Source: Dehalococcoidia bacterium (GTDB lineage: Bacteria > Chloroflexota > Dehalococcoidia > Lucifugimonadales > Lucifugimonadaceae). From it: a DNA stretch of 64,000 nt. Below the pieces are notes generated by a model. That model had not been told where the DNA came from. It was given only the letters and a program-made list of their open reading frames with translations, and searched no databases. Location: assembly GCA_965243235.1 (NCBI GenBank), contig CBDEUI010000004.1, positions 1,298,031 to 1,362,030 of the forward strand, given 5' to 3'. The position numbers and the translations under genes were made by a program. Below are positions 10,271 to 19,346 of the stretch, one piece after another; position 1 is the first letter of the stretch; each line of letters begins with the position of its first letter.

Positions 10271-10900
10271 TCAGTTTCGAATTTCGACGGCTAGGTAGCG
10301 GAAGCGGGAGTATTCGCAACGGCCGAGATTTGAGTAATCATGCCATTGCATGTCGTACGAGCTTTGTAAAACGATTGGTCGTGTTTGACCTCGCGTAGTT
10401 CCTTCGCTTGCTTCCGGATGCCAACGCAAAGATCCAGACAAAGTGTTTCTGTCGTGGATTCGGAAGTCGGCATCATAAGTTTCTGTCCAACCATCCCTGG
10501 GTTCTACCCAATATTCGGGGTCATTAGTCAACATCACCGCGTACCCGCGCTTGACAGTTCCTGAACGCGATGTGGCTCGTTCGATCGCTTGCACACTCTT
10601 GACTAAGTCGTATCTACCTTGGTCTGCCGCTCCATGGCGCTTCAAGTTATATCCAACACCTTCGAACGAAACGTCCATCCTCTGGTGGCGTTGCACTAAT
10701 TCGATGACCAATTCCTTCGATGGAAACCAAATGTCCGAGGTTCCACCGTCACTTGAGGGGAACCTGTGCCATTCCCGTACGACACTGCCGCCGTATACCG
10801 TGCAGATATGAGATGCGAGTGCAAGTCGAAAATCGGCCTCCGAATGAAATACCGGTCGCTTTCTTGCGAGACCTCTGATGATTTCGTGAATGTCTAGCAC
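10271..10900 (-). CDS. Hypothetical protein, possible PD-(D/E)xK nuclease-like fold
   Basis: 209 aa. FHSEADFRLALA helix, then SDIWF...VIELV and GAADQGRYDLVKSVQAIE. By eye this has a restriction-endonuclease-like core pattern. Fold assignment is unverified. Confidence 0.5.
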   Translation of the reverse strand: MLDIHEIIRGLARKRPVFHSEADFRLALASHICTVYGGSVVREWHRFPSSDGGTSDIWFPSKELVIELVQRHQRMDVSFEGVGYNLKRHGAADQGRYDLVKSVQAIERATSRSGTVKRGYAVMLTNDPEYWVEPRDGWTETYDADFRIHDRNTLSGSLRWHPEASEGTTRGQTRPIVLQSSYDMQWHDYSNLGRCEYSRFRYLAVEIRN

Positions 10901-10926
10901 TGATCAGGACCTTCGACTAGCCTCCT

Positions 10927-12078
10927 TCAGGCCTCGTTTGAAGCGTCCAATAACACTCGCCTCAATTTGTCGGTGACTTGTTGGACTTCCTCGTCGGAGA
11001 GGTTCAGCGGGTCGACCCAAAAGTCTGGAACCTCTTCAAGGAACGTCAAAATCACGACGCGGTCTGGGCCTTCCAACATTCGCTCGCCGATGACGCTCTT
11101 GGGCGGACCGCGCCAAGAGTCGTTAAGCCTCAACACTGCGTGAGGGATGTAATGGTTGTAGTCGTGGACGACCTCCGCATCGACGCCCGGGATCTCGATT
11201 ACCTGATCGACGACCGACTGCATCAGCCTCGTGTACCGCCGGTTTTCCTCGTCCTCGTCTTCGTTGACGAACATTTCGACCGCCGCCAAGATACCAGCAA
11301 TCGATTCTTTGGAGACTTTTTGCGCTCGTGCCACGGTCGCATTCGGGGCATTATTCAACTTGGCGTATTCGATCCACTCCTCGCTGCCCAGCAATAGTCC
11401 GGTAGCCTGCGGCCCCCGAATACCTTTGCCGCCGGAGAAAGAGACCAGGTCGGAACCGGCCTCGACGAATTTGGTCAGATTCCTACGCGGTGGAAGGCGA
11501 GAAGCGGCATCGCACATCAAGGGGACACCATTTCGGTGCGCTATCTCGACCAGCGTTTCGATTGGGAGGACGTTGTCGCCGCTGTACGGAGATTCAAGAT
11601 GAATGATGGCTGCGGTCTTGTCAGTGATCGCATCTTCAACTTCCTCGGGGGAGCATCCGTCTGCAGTTCCGACCTCAACGAAGCGAGCGCCCGGTGTCAG
11701 GTACAGATGGTCGTAACCGAATCGGTGGTTGCGTTGGATGATCAGTTCGTTCGGTACATCATCCGAGATTGGTAGCTGGAAGATCTTTTCGGGGTCATCC
11801 TTCGCCATTGCTGCAGCCGTCTGAACCGTGAGGCCTCCAGATGCGCCGCTGGTAATGGTCGCGGCTGGGACGCCGATGATCTCGGCGATCCGTTTTCCTG
11901 CGGCGTCGATGAGTTCGGGAAGCTCAACGAACGGATCAACCATCGCCATCATCGCCTGCATGGCTTCAGGACGTGGTCGCGTGCCCGAAAATCGTGTGAC
12001 GGGTCCGGCGGCGTTGATTATGGGTGTTACGCCTAGGCTTTCGAGAATCTGCTCGCCACTGCTGTAATCCATCATCAA
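10927..12078 (-). CDS. SelA-like / DgaE-like PLP-dependent enzyme (not a canonical Sec synthase)
   Basis: 383 aa. PLP-lysine context SFSGGKGIRGPQ. Lacks the N-terminal tRNA-binding extension of true SelA. Confidence 0.7.
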   Translation of the reverse strand: MMMDYSSGEQILESLGVTPIINAAGPVTRFSGTRPRPEAMQAMMAMVDPFVELPELIDAAGKRIAEIIGVPAATITSGASGGLTVQTAAAMAKDDPEKIFQLPISDDVPNELIIQRNHRFGYDHLYLTPGARFVEVGTADGCSPEEVEDAITDKTAAIIHLESPYSGDNVLPIETLVEIAHRNGVPLMCDAASRLPPRRNLTKFVEAGSDLVSFSGGKGIRGPQATGLLLGSEEWIEYAKLNNAPNATVARAQKVSKESIAGILAAVEMFVNEDEDEENRRYTRLMQSVVDQVIEIPGVDAEVVHDYNHYIPHAVLRLNDSWRGPPKSVIGERMLEGPDRVVILTFLEEVPDFWVDPLNLSDEEVQQVTDKLRRVLLDASNEA

Positions 12079-12185
12079 TATCTGACCTTGTTATTTGCCT
12101 TCGTCCATCGCGTTTCATGGCGGGGACGAGGATTGGTGTAAGGATGTTTGGTGCAATTATCGTTCAAAACGGTTCAGATGGACGC

Positions 12186-13310
12186 TCAGAGATCGATTGT
12201 TGAAATACGGTGATGCATGACGAAGTCCCCGTCGATCTCAAAACCAAGACCAGGCGCAGTCGGCGCGGTCAAGACACCATCCGAGTTGACCAAGATCTCC
12301 TGCTCTAACCCGAACTGTTGCGCTTCCAATGGACTCCAATACTCATAGAAATCACAGTTCAGTACCGACATGATGACGTTGAGATTCGCCGCGTTCATCA
12401 ATGAATTGCCGGCGGTACCCACTTCGCAATTGACGTTAAAACCTTCGGCCATTCCACACTGTTTTTTCAGTCCAGTGATTCCGATTTTGCGGGTCGTGCC
12501 TCGGATGGTTGGAGGCCAACCTTGCTCGAGGGCGCGGGCGGCTTCGTGGAAAAGGAATTCCCCTGCGTCGCTCATGTTGAGCGGAGTATCGAGTTCCTCG
12601 GAAAGTGTGCGGATGGCGCGCCAGTCTCCCCATGGGACGGGGTCTTCGAACCAGTGGAAGTTGGTTTCGTCTAACGCTCGTCCGATTTTCAAAGCGTCGC
12701 GAAGGTTGTACCCGTTGTTGGGATCGAGCATTAAACGCATCTCGTCACCGACCTCTTGACGGACTGCGCGGACCATCTGGATGACTCGGTCTGCAGGCAT
12801 TGCACCGGGGTGGATTTTGTATGCGGTGAAGCCTTGTTCGACGAGTTCGGCTGCTTCGGCGACGTAGCCTTCGACGGTGGAGTTTCGCGGTGGGTACGTG
12901 GCATAGACCTCTGTGGTTCGACGTGCGGTTCCGAGCATTTCGTGGACGGGCATGTCGGCGGCTTTACCAGCGGCGTCCCACATTGCTACGTCGATGTGTG
13001 ACCAGAGGGCGTGCAAGGATGTGGTTGCGCCGTGCCCGGACATGGGGTTGAGTTGATGCCAGAGCGCTTCGCGGTCTGCGATTTTCGTGCCGATTAGGCG
13101 ACCTTCGAACGCTGATTGGAACGCGCGGATCGTCGTTGCGCCTCCACCACCCCGGTCGCCGATGTGTGCGTTGCCTTCAACACCCGACTCGGTGATGAGC
13201 CTCAGAACACCGGCTGTCAACTTGCCACCCATGCCGCCGCGAGCATCGTTGACGCTTATGCGTGGGACATCGAACTCGATGACATCGATCATGGCTTCTG
13301 CTATCTTCAT
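12186..13310 (-). CDS. Enolase-superfamily enzyme (mandelate racemase/muconate lactonizing family)
   Basis: 374 aa. Motifs YKIHPG, LMLDPNNGY, FEDPVP. Second paralog in the window. Confidence 0.8.
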   Translation of the reverse strand: MKIAEAMIDVIEFDVPRISVNDARGGMGGKLTAGVLRLITESGVEGNAHIGDRGGGGATTIRAFQSAFEGRLIGTKIADREALWHQLNPMSGHGATTSLHALWSHIDVAMWDAAGKAADMPVHEMLGTARRTTEVYATYPPRNSTVEGYVAEAAELVEQGFTAYKIHPGAMPADRVIQMVRAVRQEVGDEMRLMLDPNNGYNLRDALKIGRALDETNFHWFEDPVPWGDWRAIRTLSEELDTPLNMSDAGEFLFHEAARALEQGWPPTIRGTTRKIGITGLKKQCGMAEGFNVNCEVGTAGNSLMNAANLNVIMSVLNCDFYEYWSPLEAQQFGLEQEILVNSDGVLTAPTAPGLGFEIDGDFVMHHRISTIDL

Positions 13311-13405
13311 CGTGCCGGATACCCGTGCTAGGCGATTTAGTATTCAGTGTTGGTGATGTTAAATCGTTGAACGTCGATAGTCCTACCAGCCTAGAACAAC
13401 GCAAC

Positions 13406-14791
13406 ATGTCTTCTTCTGATCCCAACGACAAGATCCAGATGTGGGAAGACTACGTCGAAGAAGTGCGGCTCGCGCATCGAATTCCCGGGATCGCGGTTGG
13501 AATGGTCTGCGGATCGGAACTAGCTTGGTTCAAGGGGTTCGGAGAGACGCAGCTTGGGAACGGGCAAGCACCCGATGAACACAGCATTTTCCGGGTCGCG
13601 TCCAACACCAAAACGGCAACCGCGACGGCGTTGATGATGCTGCAAGAATCGTCGATGCTGTCATTGGATGATCCGCTCTTGCTCTACATCCCGGAGTTCA
13701 CGTCAGCCGCCGGAATCGCAGGTGACCTCGAAGACGTGACGCTACGACGGATGACGGCTCACTATTCGGGACTTACTACTGAGCATCCTGCGACTGATTG
13801 GGATGCGCCAGCGTTTGCCACGATGCAGACGATGCTAGATCGCATCGACGAAGTGCAAATGGTCATCCCGCCCGACAGCGCTTGGAAATACTCGAATATG
13901 GCTTATGGCTTCCTGGGCGAAGTGATAAGTCGATTGTCAGGTCAACCGTACGAGCAATTCGTCGAGAAGGAGATTTTGGATCCACTCGGTATGATGCAGA
14001 CGGTTTTCGACATGGCCTCGGTTGTGGGTCTGCATCAAGTAATCGGATATAGCCAACCAGCACCGGGTTCGGAAACGTTGCGGGTTGCTCCGTACTCTGA
14101 ACTCGAAGGCATGAACGCTGCCGGCCAGATGATGACCAACGTCGCTGATTTAACAAAGTGGCTGGCACATATTATGCGACGAGGTGAAGATCACGGACAT
14201 AGGTTGTTCGGTGACCGCAGCCGTCGAGAGATGTTGCATCCTGCGTACCTCGACGGAGATTGGACGTTTGGAAATTGCGTCGGTTGGCGCGCTACCAGGT
14301 CGGGTGAGCGGGTATATCACGGACACGGCGGTGGTATTCATGGTTTCGGTACGCAGACGATGTTCCACGCTCCGTTTCAGACTGGGGTGATTGTTCTAAC
14401 GAACCTTTGGCCGAACGCGATTTCCGCATCCTTGGCTCAGACATTGCTAGATGCAGTGATTGAGGATTGGGATGAGATGCCCATCGCTCCTACGAATGTC
14501 ATGCATGAGATTCCGATATCGGATGAGAGTTCGAAGCTGCGGGAGTTCGAGGGAGTGTATTTCACCGAACCCGGATTCTGGATGCGGATCACCGCAGTTT
14601 CGGATGATGGGTTGCAGTTCAGCGGACATGAGGCTTCGGCGTACCTTCTGCATGCTCCGGCTACTGCTCGATTGATCTCCGACACCACTTTCAAAGTGTC
14701 CGGCAATAGGGGAGCAGGGGAGACGTTCTCCATTCAAGACGGCGAGTTCCGATTGGGCGGTTTCAAATACACGTTAGTCGGCGACAACTGA
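13406..14791 (+). CDS. Serine hydrolase, beta-lactamase (class C/PBP-like) family
   Basis: SxxK motif (ASNTK), YSN motif (WKYSNMAYG) and HGG triad region. I place the start at ATG 13406 rather than at the ORF-track position 13325. Confidence 0.8.
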   Translation: MSSSDPNDKIQMWEDYVEEVRLAHRIPGIAVGMVCGSELAWFKGFGETQLGNGQAPDEHSIFRVASNTKTATATALMMLQESSMLSLDDPLLLYIPEFTSAAGIAGDLEDVTLRRMTAHYSGLTTEHPATDWDAPAFATMQTMLDRIDEVQMVIPPDSAWKYSNMAYGFLGEVISRLSGQPYEQFVEKEILDPLGMMQTVFDMASVVGLHQVIGYSQPAPGSETLRVAPYSELEGMNAAGQMMTNVADLTKWLAHIMRRGEDHGHRLFGDRSRREMLHPAYLDGDWTFGNCVGWRATRSGERVYHGHGGGIHGFGTQTMFHAPFQTGVIVLTNLWPNAISASLAQTLLDAVIEDWDEMPIAPTNVMHEIPISDESSKLREFEGVYFTEPGFWMRITAVSDDGLQFSGHEASAYLLHAPATARLISDTTFKVSGNRGAGETFSIQDGEFRLGGFKYTLVGDN

Positions 14792-14803
14792 GGAGAAAGA
14801 TAG

Positions 14804-16474
14804 ATGTCGAAAATCTTTGAGATCGCGGACGGTTTCGTTGAGACGCTGGCGGCGATCAATCCCATCGTGGCGACCTATCTCGGAGTTCCGGGTTACGACC
14901 ATCTGATGCCGGACTATTCACCCGACGGGTCGCAACGGTCGTATGATGCTGAGCGGGATGTGTTGAAGCGGATTCAAGCAGAAAGAGCAGAGACGTTGCG
15001 GGAGAGGAGGTGCAGCGAGACGGTGCAAGAGGAGATGTCGTGGTCAATCGACCAGCACGAAGCCGGGTTGCACTACTCCGGAATGAACATCCTACATTCG
15101 CCGGTGCAGTCTCTCCGTCAGATCTTCGATCTAATGCCTAGATCTTCAACGGAAGACTGGGAAAACATCGCGTCTCGGATGGAAGGGATCGGAGATTCTC
15201 TGGCGTCTTACCAAGCGACTTTGGACGAGGGTATCGACAGGAAGATAACTGCTTCGAAACGACAGACGGCTGGTTGCATCGAGCAGATCGAGACTTGGAT
15301 TGGCAAAGGCGATGCGACGCCATTCTTCGGCGGGATCGCCGATTCCGGTGCCGGGTCAGATGAGGTCGACCATGCCTTGGCATCAAGATTGTCGGACGCC
15401 GCGACTTCAGCGAACGTTGCGTATTCCAAGTTCGCTGAGTATCTGCGGAGCGACTATTTGCCAAAAGCTCGCGAGCGGGACGCAGTGGGAAAAGAGCACT
15501 ACGCGCTTACCTCGCGTTCTTACAACGGCATAGACCTGAATCTGAACGAGACGTACGAATGGGGCTGGGAACAACTCCGGTGGGTACAGTCAGAGATGCA
15601 GAAAGCAGCAGACCAGATCAAACCAGGATCCACAATCGACGAAGCGGTAGAGGTGTTGGAGAGCGATCCGAACCGGGCGATCGATGGCGTGGACGAGTTT
15701 CGGGAATGGATGCAAAACCTCCAGGATTCGACGATCACCGACATGGACGGCACGCATTTCGACATCGCGGACGACGTTAGGAAAATCGAGGCGATGATCG
15801 CTCCACCAGGCGGCGCGCTTGCTATGTACTACACCGGCCCCTCGGAGGATTTCTCCAGACCCGGGCGGACTTGGTATCCCACCGGAGGCAAAACATCGTT
15901 CCCTCTGTGGCGCGAGGTCTCAATCGCATATCACGAGGGGGTACCCGGACACCATTTCCAGATCGCGACAACGATGACATTGTCGGACCAACTGTCTCGA
16001 TACCAACGCCTCCTCGCCGGCACATCCGGCTATGTCGAAGGATGGGCGCTGTACGCCGAGAGATTGATGCACGAGCTCGGATATCTCGAAAACCCCGACT
16101 ACTACATGGGAATGCTCGATGCCCAAGCCCTACGATCCGTACGTGTCATCATCGACATCGGAATGCACCTCGAAAAGCGCATACCAGACGATTCCGAGTT
16201 CCATCCCGGCAAAGTTTGGACACCCGATCTCGCACTGGAGTTCATGCGCGATCGCGTACATTTCCCGCCTGACTTCGTCGCCAGCGAGATAGACCGTTAT
16301 CTCGGCATTCCGGGGCAGGCGATTTCTTACAAAGTCGGTGAACGAGTCTGGTTGGAGGCCCGCCAACGAGCGCGAAAAGCGCAAGGCTCTTCCTTCGATT
16401 TGAAGGATTGGCATAATCGCGCGCTGGAGCTCGGACCGATGGGCTTGGCTCAGATGCAGCGCGAAATGGTTTAA
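14804..16474 (+). CDS. DUF885-family protein (metallopeptidase-like)
   Basis: 556 aa. HEGVPGHHFQ motif and overall DUF885 layout. Confidence 0.8.
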   Translation: MSKIFEIADGFVETLAAINPIVATYLGVPGYDHLMPDYSPDGSQRSYDAERDVLKRIQAERAETLRERRCSETVQEEMSWSIDQHEAGLHYSGMNILHSPVQSLRQIFDLMPRSSTEDWENIASRMEGIGDSLASYQATLDEGIDRKITASKRQTAGCIEQIETWIGKGDATPFFGGIADSGAGSDEVDHALASRLSDAATSANVAYSKFAEYLRSDYLPKARERDAVGKEHYALTSRSYNGIDLNLNETYEWGWEQLRWVQSEMQKAADQIKPGSTIDEAVEVLESDPNRAIDGVDEFREWMQNLQDSTITDMDGTHFDIADDVRKIEAMIAPPGGALAMYYTGPSEDFSRPGRTWYPTGGKTSFPLWREVSIAYHEGVPGHHFQIATTMTLSDQLSRYQRLLAGTSGYVEGWALYAERLMHELGYLENPDYYMGMLDAQALRSVRVIIDIGMHLEKRIPDDSEFHPGKVWTPDLALEFMRDRVHFPPDFVASEIDRYLGIPGQAISYKVGERVWLEARQRARKAQGSSFDLKDWHNRALELGPMGLAQMQREMV

Positions 16475-16476
16475 TC

Positions 16477-16530
16477 CCCTATCCCTCTGTGGGATAGGGA
16501 TAGGGATAGGGTTAGGGTGTTGGACACCCT
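16477..16530. terminator. Two back-to-back GC hairpins between convergent genes
   Basis: Hairpin 1: CCCTATCCC (16477-16485), loop TCTGT, GGGATAGGG (16491-16499). Hairpin 2: AGGGTGT (16514-16520), loop TGG, ACACCCT (16524-16530). They lie between the DUF885 stop and the SulP stop. Confidence 0.5.
16491..16520 (+). repeat. Tandem hexamers GGGATA x3, GGGTTA, GGGTGT (G3N3 array)
   Basis: Read directly: gggata gggata gggata gggtta gggtgt. That is five GGG runs, each separated by 3 nt. Confidence 0.8.
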
Positions 16531-16538
16531 GAAAACGC

Positions 16539-18182
16539 CTAAGCAGTGGCTTCGGCTCGACGGTCGAGAATGCTTCGTGCGATCTCTCTAGCTTCGTCTA
16601 AGTTGTCGGCGAAGTGATCCTCAGGAACGTTCTGCAGGATGTTGAGGGCTCGCAGCGTTGTGGCGGGAAGCCCGTCTAGCCCCATGACGATGCATTCAGT
16701 ATCTTCGTTGTCCGCAGTGTCGATCATCTGCTCGACGACGAGTGCTGCGCTGTCATCCATGTATACGGTGTCGGAGAAGTCGAGGATTACGACCTCGTGG
16801 TCGCGGATGTCGATACTGATGGCGTTGATCAATTTGGAGGCGGAAGCGACGGAGAATGTGCCTTTGAGGGCTACCAAACCGACTTGTGCGGAGAACACAT
16901 CGATATCATCGAGATTCTCATAGTCTTTGAAGAAGACTTGGTCGAGCAGGGGAACGGAAATGACGCTGTCCAACTCGAGTCGTTCGAATTGTTTAGCGCT
17001 GGTGACGCCGGCAGCGATCATACCGACAGCGACGGCGGTGACCAGGTCGAGAAACACGGTGAGTCCCAGAGTGAGGAGCATCACTAGGAGGTGATCTTTT
17101 TGGACGTAGAAGATTCTTGTGATGAATCGCCAATCGATGGTGTCCCATCCGACCTTTATGAGGATTCCGGCAAGGACAGCGATGGGGATGGATGCGACAT
17201 ATTGCCCAAGTTCTATCACGATCGCCAACAGTATTGCTACACACAAGACGCCTGAAAGGGGTGTCCAACCGCCAGCCCTGATGTTGGCGACGGTTCCGGG
17301 GGTCGCGCCGGATCCAGGGAGTCCGCCGATGAATCCGGTAACGACATTTCCGATTCCCTGTCCTAGGAGTTCGCGGTCGGGGTTGTGTCGAGTGTGGGTC
17401 ATCGAGTCGGCTACTAACGATGTGAGCAAAGTGTCAACTGATCCAACGAGTGCAATGACGAGTGCGGGTTGTATGGCTCTGAGCAAGGTGCCAGTCGAAA
17501 GGTCTGGAGTTACGAGTTCAGGCAATCCGGTGGGGACTTCGCCAATGACTGGAGCGTCGGTGAACCAGAGTACTCCGAGGAATGTGCCGATGACCAGAGC
17601 GGCCATTGTGGCGGGGAAGAACTTGCTGAATCGTTCGGGCCAAAGTGCTGCGACAGCAAGAGTCACAGCCCCGAGGATGAGCGCGCTGGGATTGAAGTGG
17701 TTGATCAAGTCGGGCCAAGCACGGATGGCCCCTACGGGTCCGCCAGTGGCGATCTCAGCACCTAGGAATGGCAGTGTCTGGGTCAGGAATATGATGATTC
17801 CGACTCCGGACATGAAGCCGGAGATGACGGAGTAGGGTGTGTATTCGACAAAGCGTCCGATCCGGAGCACCCCTAGCAAGAGCTGTATCAGTCCGGCCAT
17901 GATGACGATGGTGAACGCGGCGGCTAAGTTGTCGGCGTTCGCGGTGACGATGACGCCCATGGCCACGGTCATCGATCCTGTGGGCCCGGAGATCTGGGAT
18001 CGTGTTCCGCCGAACACTGCCGCGAAGAAACCGACTGCGATCGCACCATAGATGCCGGCGACGGGATCCAGCCCTGCTGCGATGGCAAAAGCGAGAGCTA
18101 CCGGCAACGCGATCACTGCGGACGTGATGCCGCCGAACACATCTCCTCGCAAGGTCTGGAAGTCGTAATTTATTTTCGGCAT
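16539..18182 (-). CDS. SulP-family anion (sulfate) permease with C-terminal STAS domain
   Basis: 547 aa. Multi-TM SulP core followed by a soluble STAS-like tail. Confidence 0.9.
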   Translation of the reverse strand: MPKINYDFQTLRGDVFGGITSAVIALPVALAFAIAAGLDPVAGIYGAIAVGFFAAVFGGTRSQISGPTGSMTVAMGVIVTANADNLAAAFTIVIMAGLIQLLLGVLRIGRFVEYTPYSVISGFMSGVGIIIFLTQTLPFLGAEIATGGPVGAIRAWPDLINHFNPSALILGAVTLAVAALWPERFSKFFPATMAALVIGTFLGVLWFTDAPVIGEVPTGLPELVTPDLSTGTLLRAIQPALVIALVGSVDTLLTSLVADSMTHTRHNPDRELLGQGIGNVVTGFIGGLPGSGATPGTVANIRAGGWTPLSGVLCVAILLAIVIELGQYVASIPIAVLAGILIKVGWDTIDWRFITRIFYVQKDHLLVMLLTLGLTVFLDLVTAVAVGMIAAGVTSAKQFERLELDSVISVPLLDQVFFKDYENLDDIDVFSAQVGLVALKGTFSVASASKLINAISIDIRDHEVVILDFSDTVYMDDSAALVVEQMIDTADNEDTECIVMGLDGLPATTLRALNILQNVPEDHFADNLDEAREIARSILDRRAEATA

Positions 18183-18455
18183 ACTAGACGACTCGAACCG
18201 GCTTAATTAGAAGCAGTAAGGGAATGTGCAGGGCCGTTTCGGGTTCGAGCGCATGTGATTGGGAAACGCTGTCCTCGTCAATCCAGCCGTCGCGCACACA
18301 GAACGCGTCATTCAAGCTCAGGTTTCTCACGACTTCAACATCTTGAACTAGGGTGTGCGTCTATCTTCGTGCTGACGCGACCAGTTCACTTTATCAGTAA
18401 GACATCGGAATGAAAGATCGGCGGAAGTTTGGCGCGATTCGGAGGGTGTCTTACG

Positions 18456-19325
18456 TTAGATTTCGAGTTTCATGAGTTCTTCCGCGAAGATGATTTTTCC
18501 ACTGTAGTGTTCGCGGGTGTCACCGATGGCTCGTTCCATGGGGCCATGTATGGCTAAGTCGGGCGACGTGTGGGTGAGGACGAGGGTTTTAGCTTCCGCG
18601 GTTGCGGCCATTTGGGCGGCGGTTACCGTTCCGAGTTGTCCGTGGTTGAGACCTCGGGCTTCGAGAGTGGCTTGATCGTTGGCGCAGTTAGCGACTAGAA
18701 CGTCAGCGTTTTGAGCGAGGTCGGTTAGGGAGTCGCAGGGTTCGGTGTCGCCGGTGAAGACGATGGACTTGCCGGACGCGGTGTCGACGCGGTAGGCGAG
18801 AGATTCAAGGTAGGGCTGGACGTGGACTGTGGAAACGGCGGTGATTTTCCAACCTTCATTGGTCAAAAAAGTGCCAGGTCCTATGTCTCGCGAGTAGACG
18901 ACCGGCGGGTCCCGCGGAAGCGTACCGCCCCGATTGACGTAAACGTTTTGACTGATTGGGAAGTGGACGCGAGCATACCAGTCGTGAGAAAAAACGCCAA
19001 TTTCTTCGTCCATGATGCCGTGAACCAGGCGTTCGGTCGGTGGCGGGCCGTAGATGTTCAGGGTGTTTTCTTTGCCAATGGACTGATCCCAACGGCAGAG
19101 TAGGAAACACGGCAAGTCTACGTCGTGGTCGAAGTGGTGGTGAGTGAAAAAGAGGTGGTCGATCTTTGTGGGCCAGAGTCCAGCTTTTACCAGCTTGTGC
19201 GTCGTTGCCGGACCGCAATCAAACATCAGGAATTCACCGTCGATTTCCAGAACGGAGGACGATCCGAAGCGGAACGGCGTTGGATGTGGTGTGCCAGCAC
19301 CTAGGATGTGGAGGGTTGTGGGCAT
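18456..19325 (-). CDS. MBL-fold metallo-hydrolase (RNase Z/ElaC/AtsA-like), paralog 1
   Basis: 289 aa. HHHFDHD (HxHxDH) motif. Confidence 0.8.
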   Translation of the reverse strand: MPTTLHILGAGTPHPTPFRFGSSSVLEIDGEFLMFDCGPATTHKLVKAGLWPTKIDHLFFTHHHFDHDVDLPCFLLCRWDQSIGKENTLNIYGPPPTERLVHGIMDEEIGVFSHDWYARVHFPISQNVYVNRGGTLPRDPPVVYSRDIGPGTFLTNEGWKITAVSTVHVQPYLESLAYRVDTASGKSIVFTGDTEPCDSLTDLAQNADVLVANCANDQATLEARGLNHGQLGTVTAAQMAATAEAKTLVLTHTSPDLAIHGPMERAIGDTREHYSGKIIFAEELMKLEI

Positions 19326-19346
19326 AATCGGTCGCCCAGCTGAAAA

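Noticed and set aside
10927-12078. The SelA-like ORF as the genuine selenocysteine synthase partnering selC.
   Set aside because: It is only 383 aa and lacks the N-terminal tRNA-binding domain of bacterial SelA (about 460 aa). It sits among catabolic-type enzymes, which fits the DgaE/SelA-related lyase subgroup better.
16491-16520. The GGGATA/GGGTTA array as a CRISPR array or telomere-like repeat.
   Set aside because: It has only five 6-nt units and no spacers. It lies inside a 64-nt gap between convergent genes. Its size and position fit a terminator-associated simple repeat.
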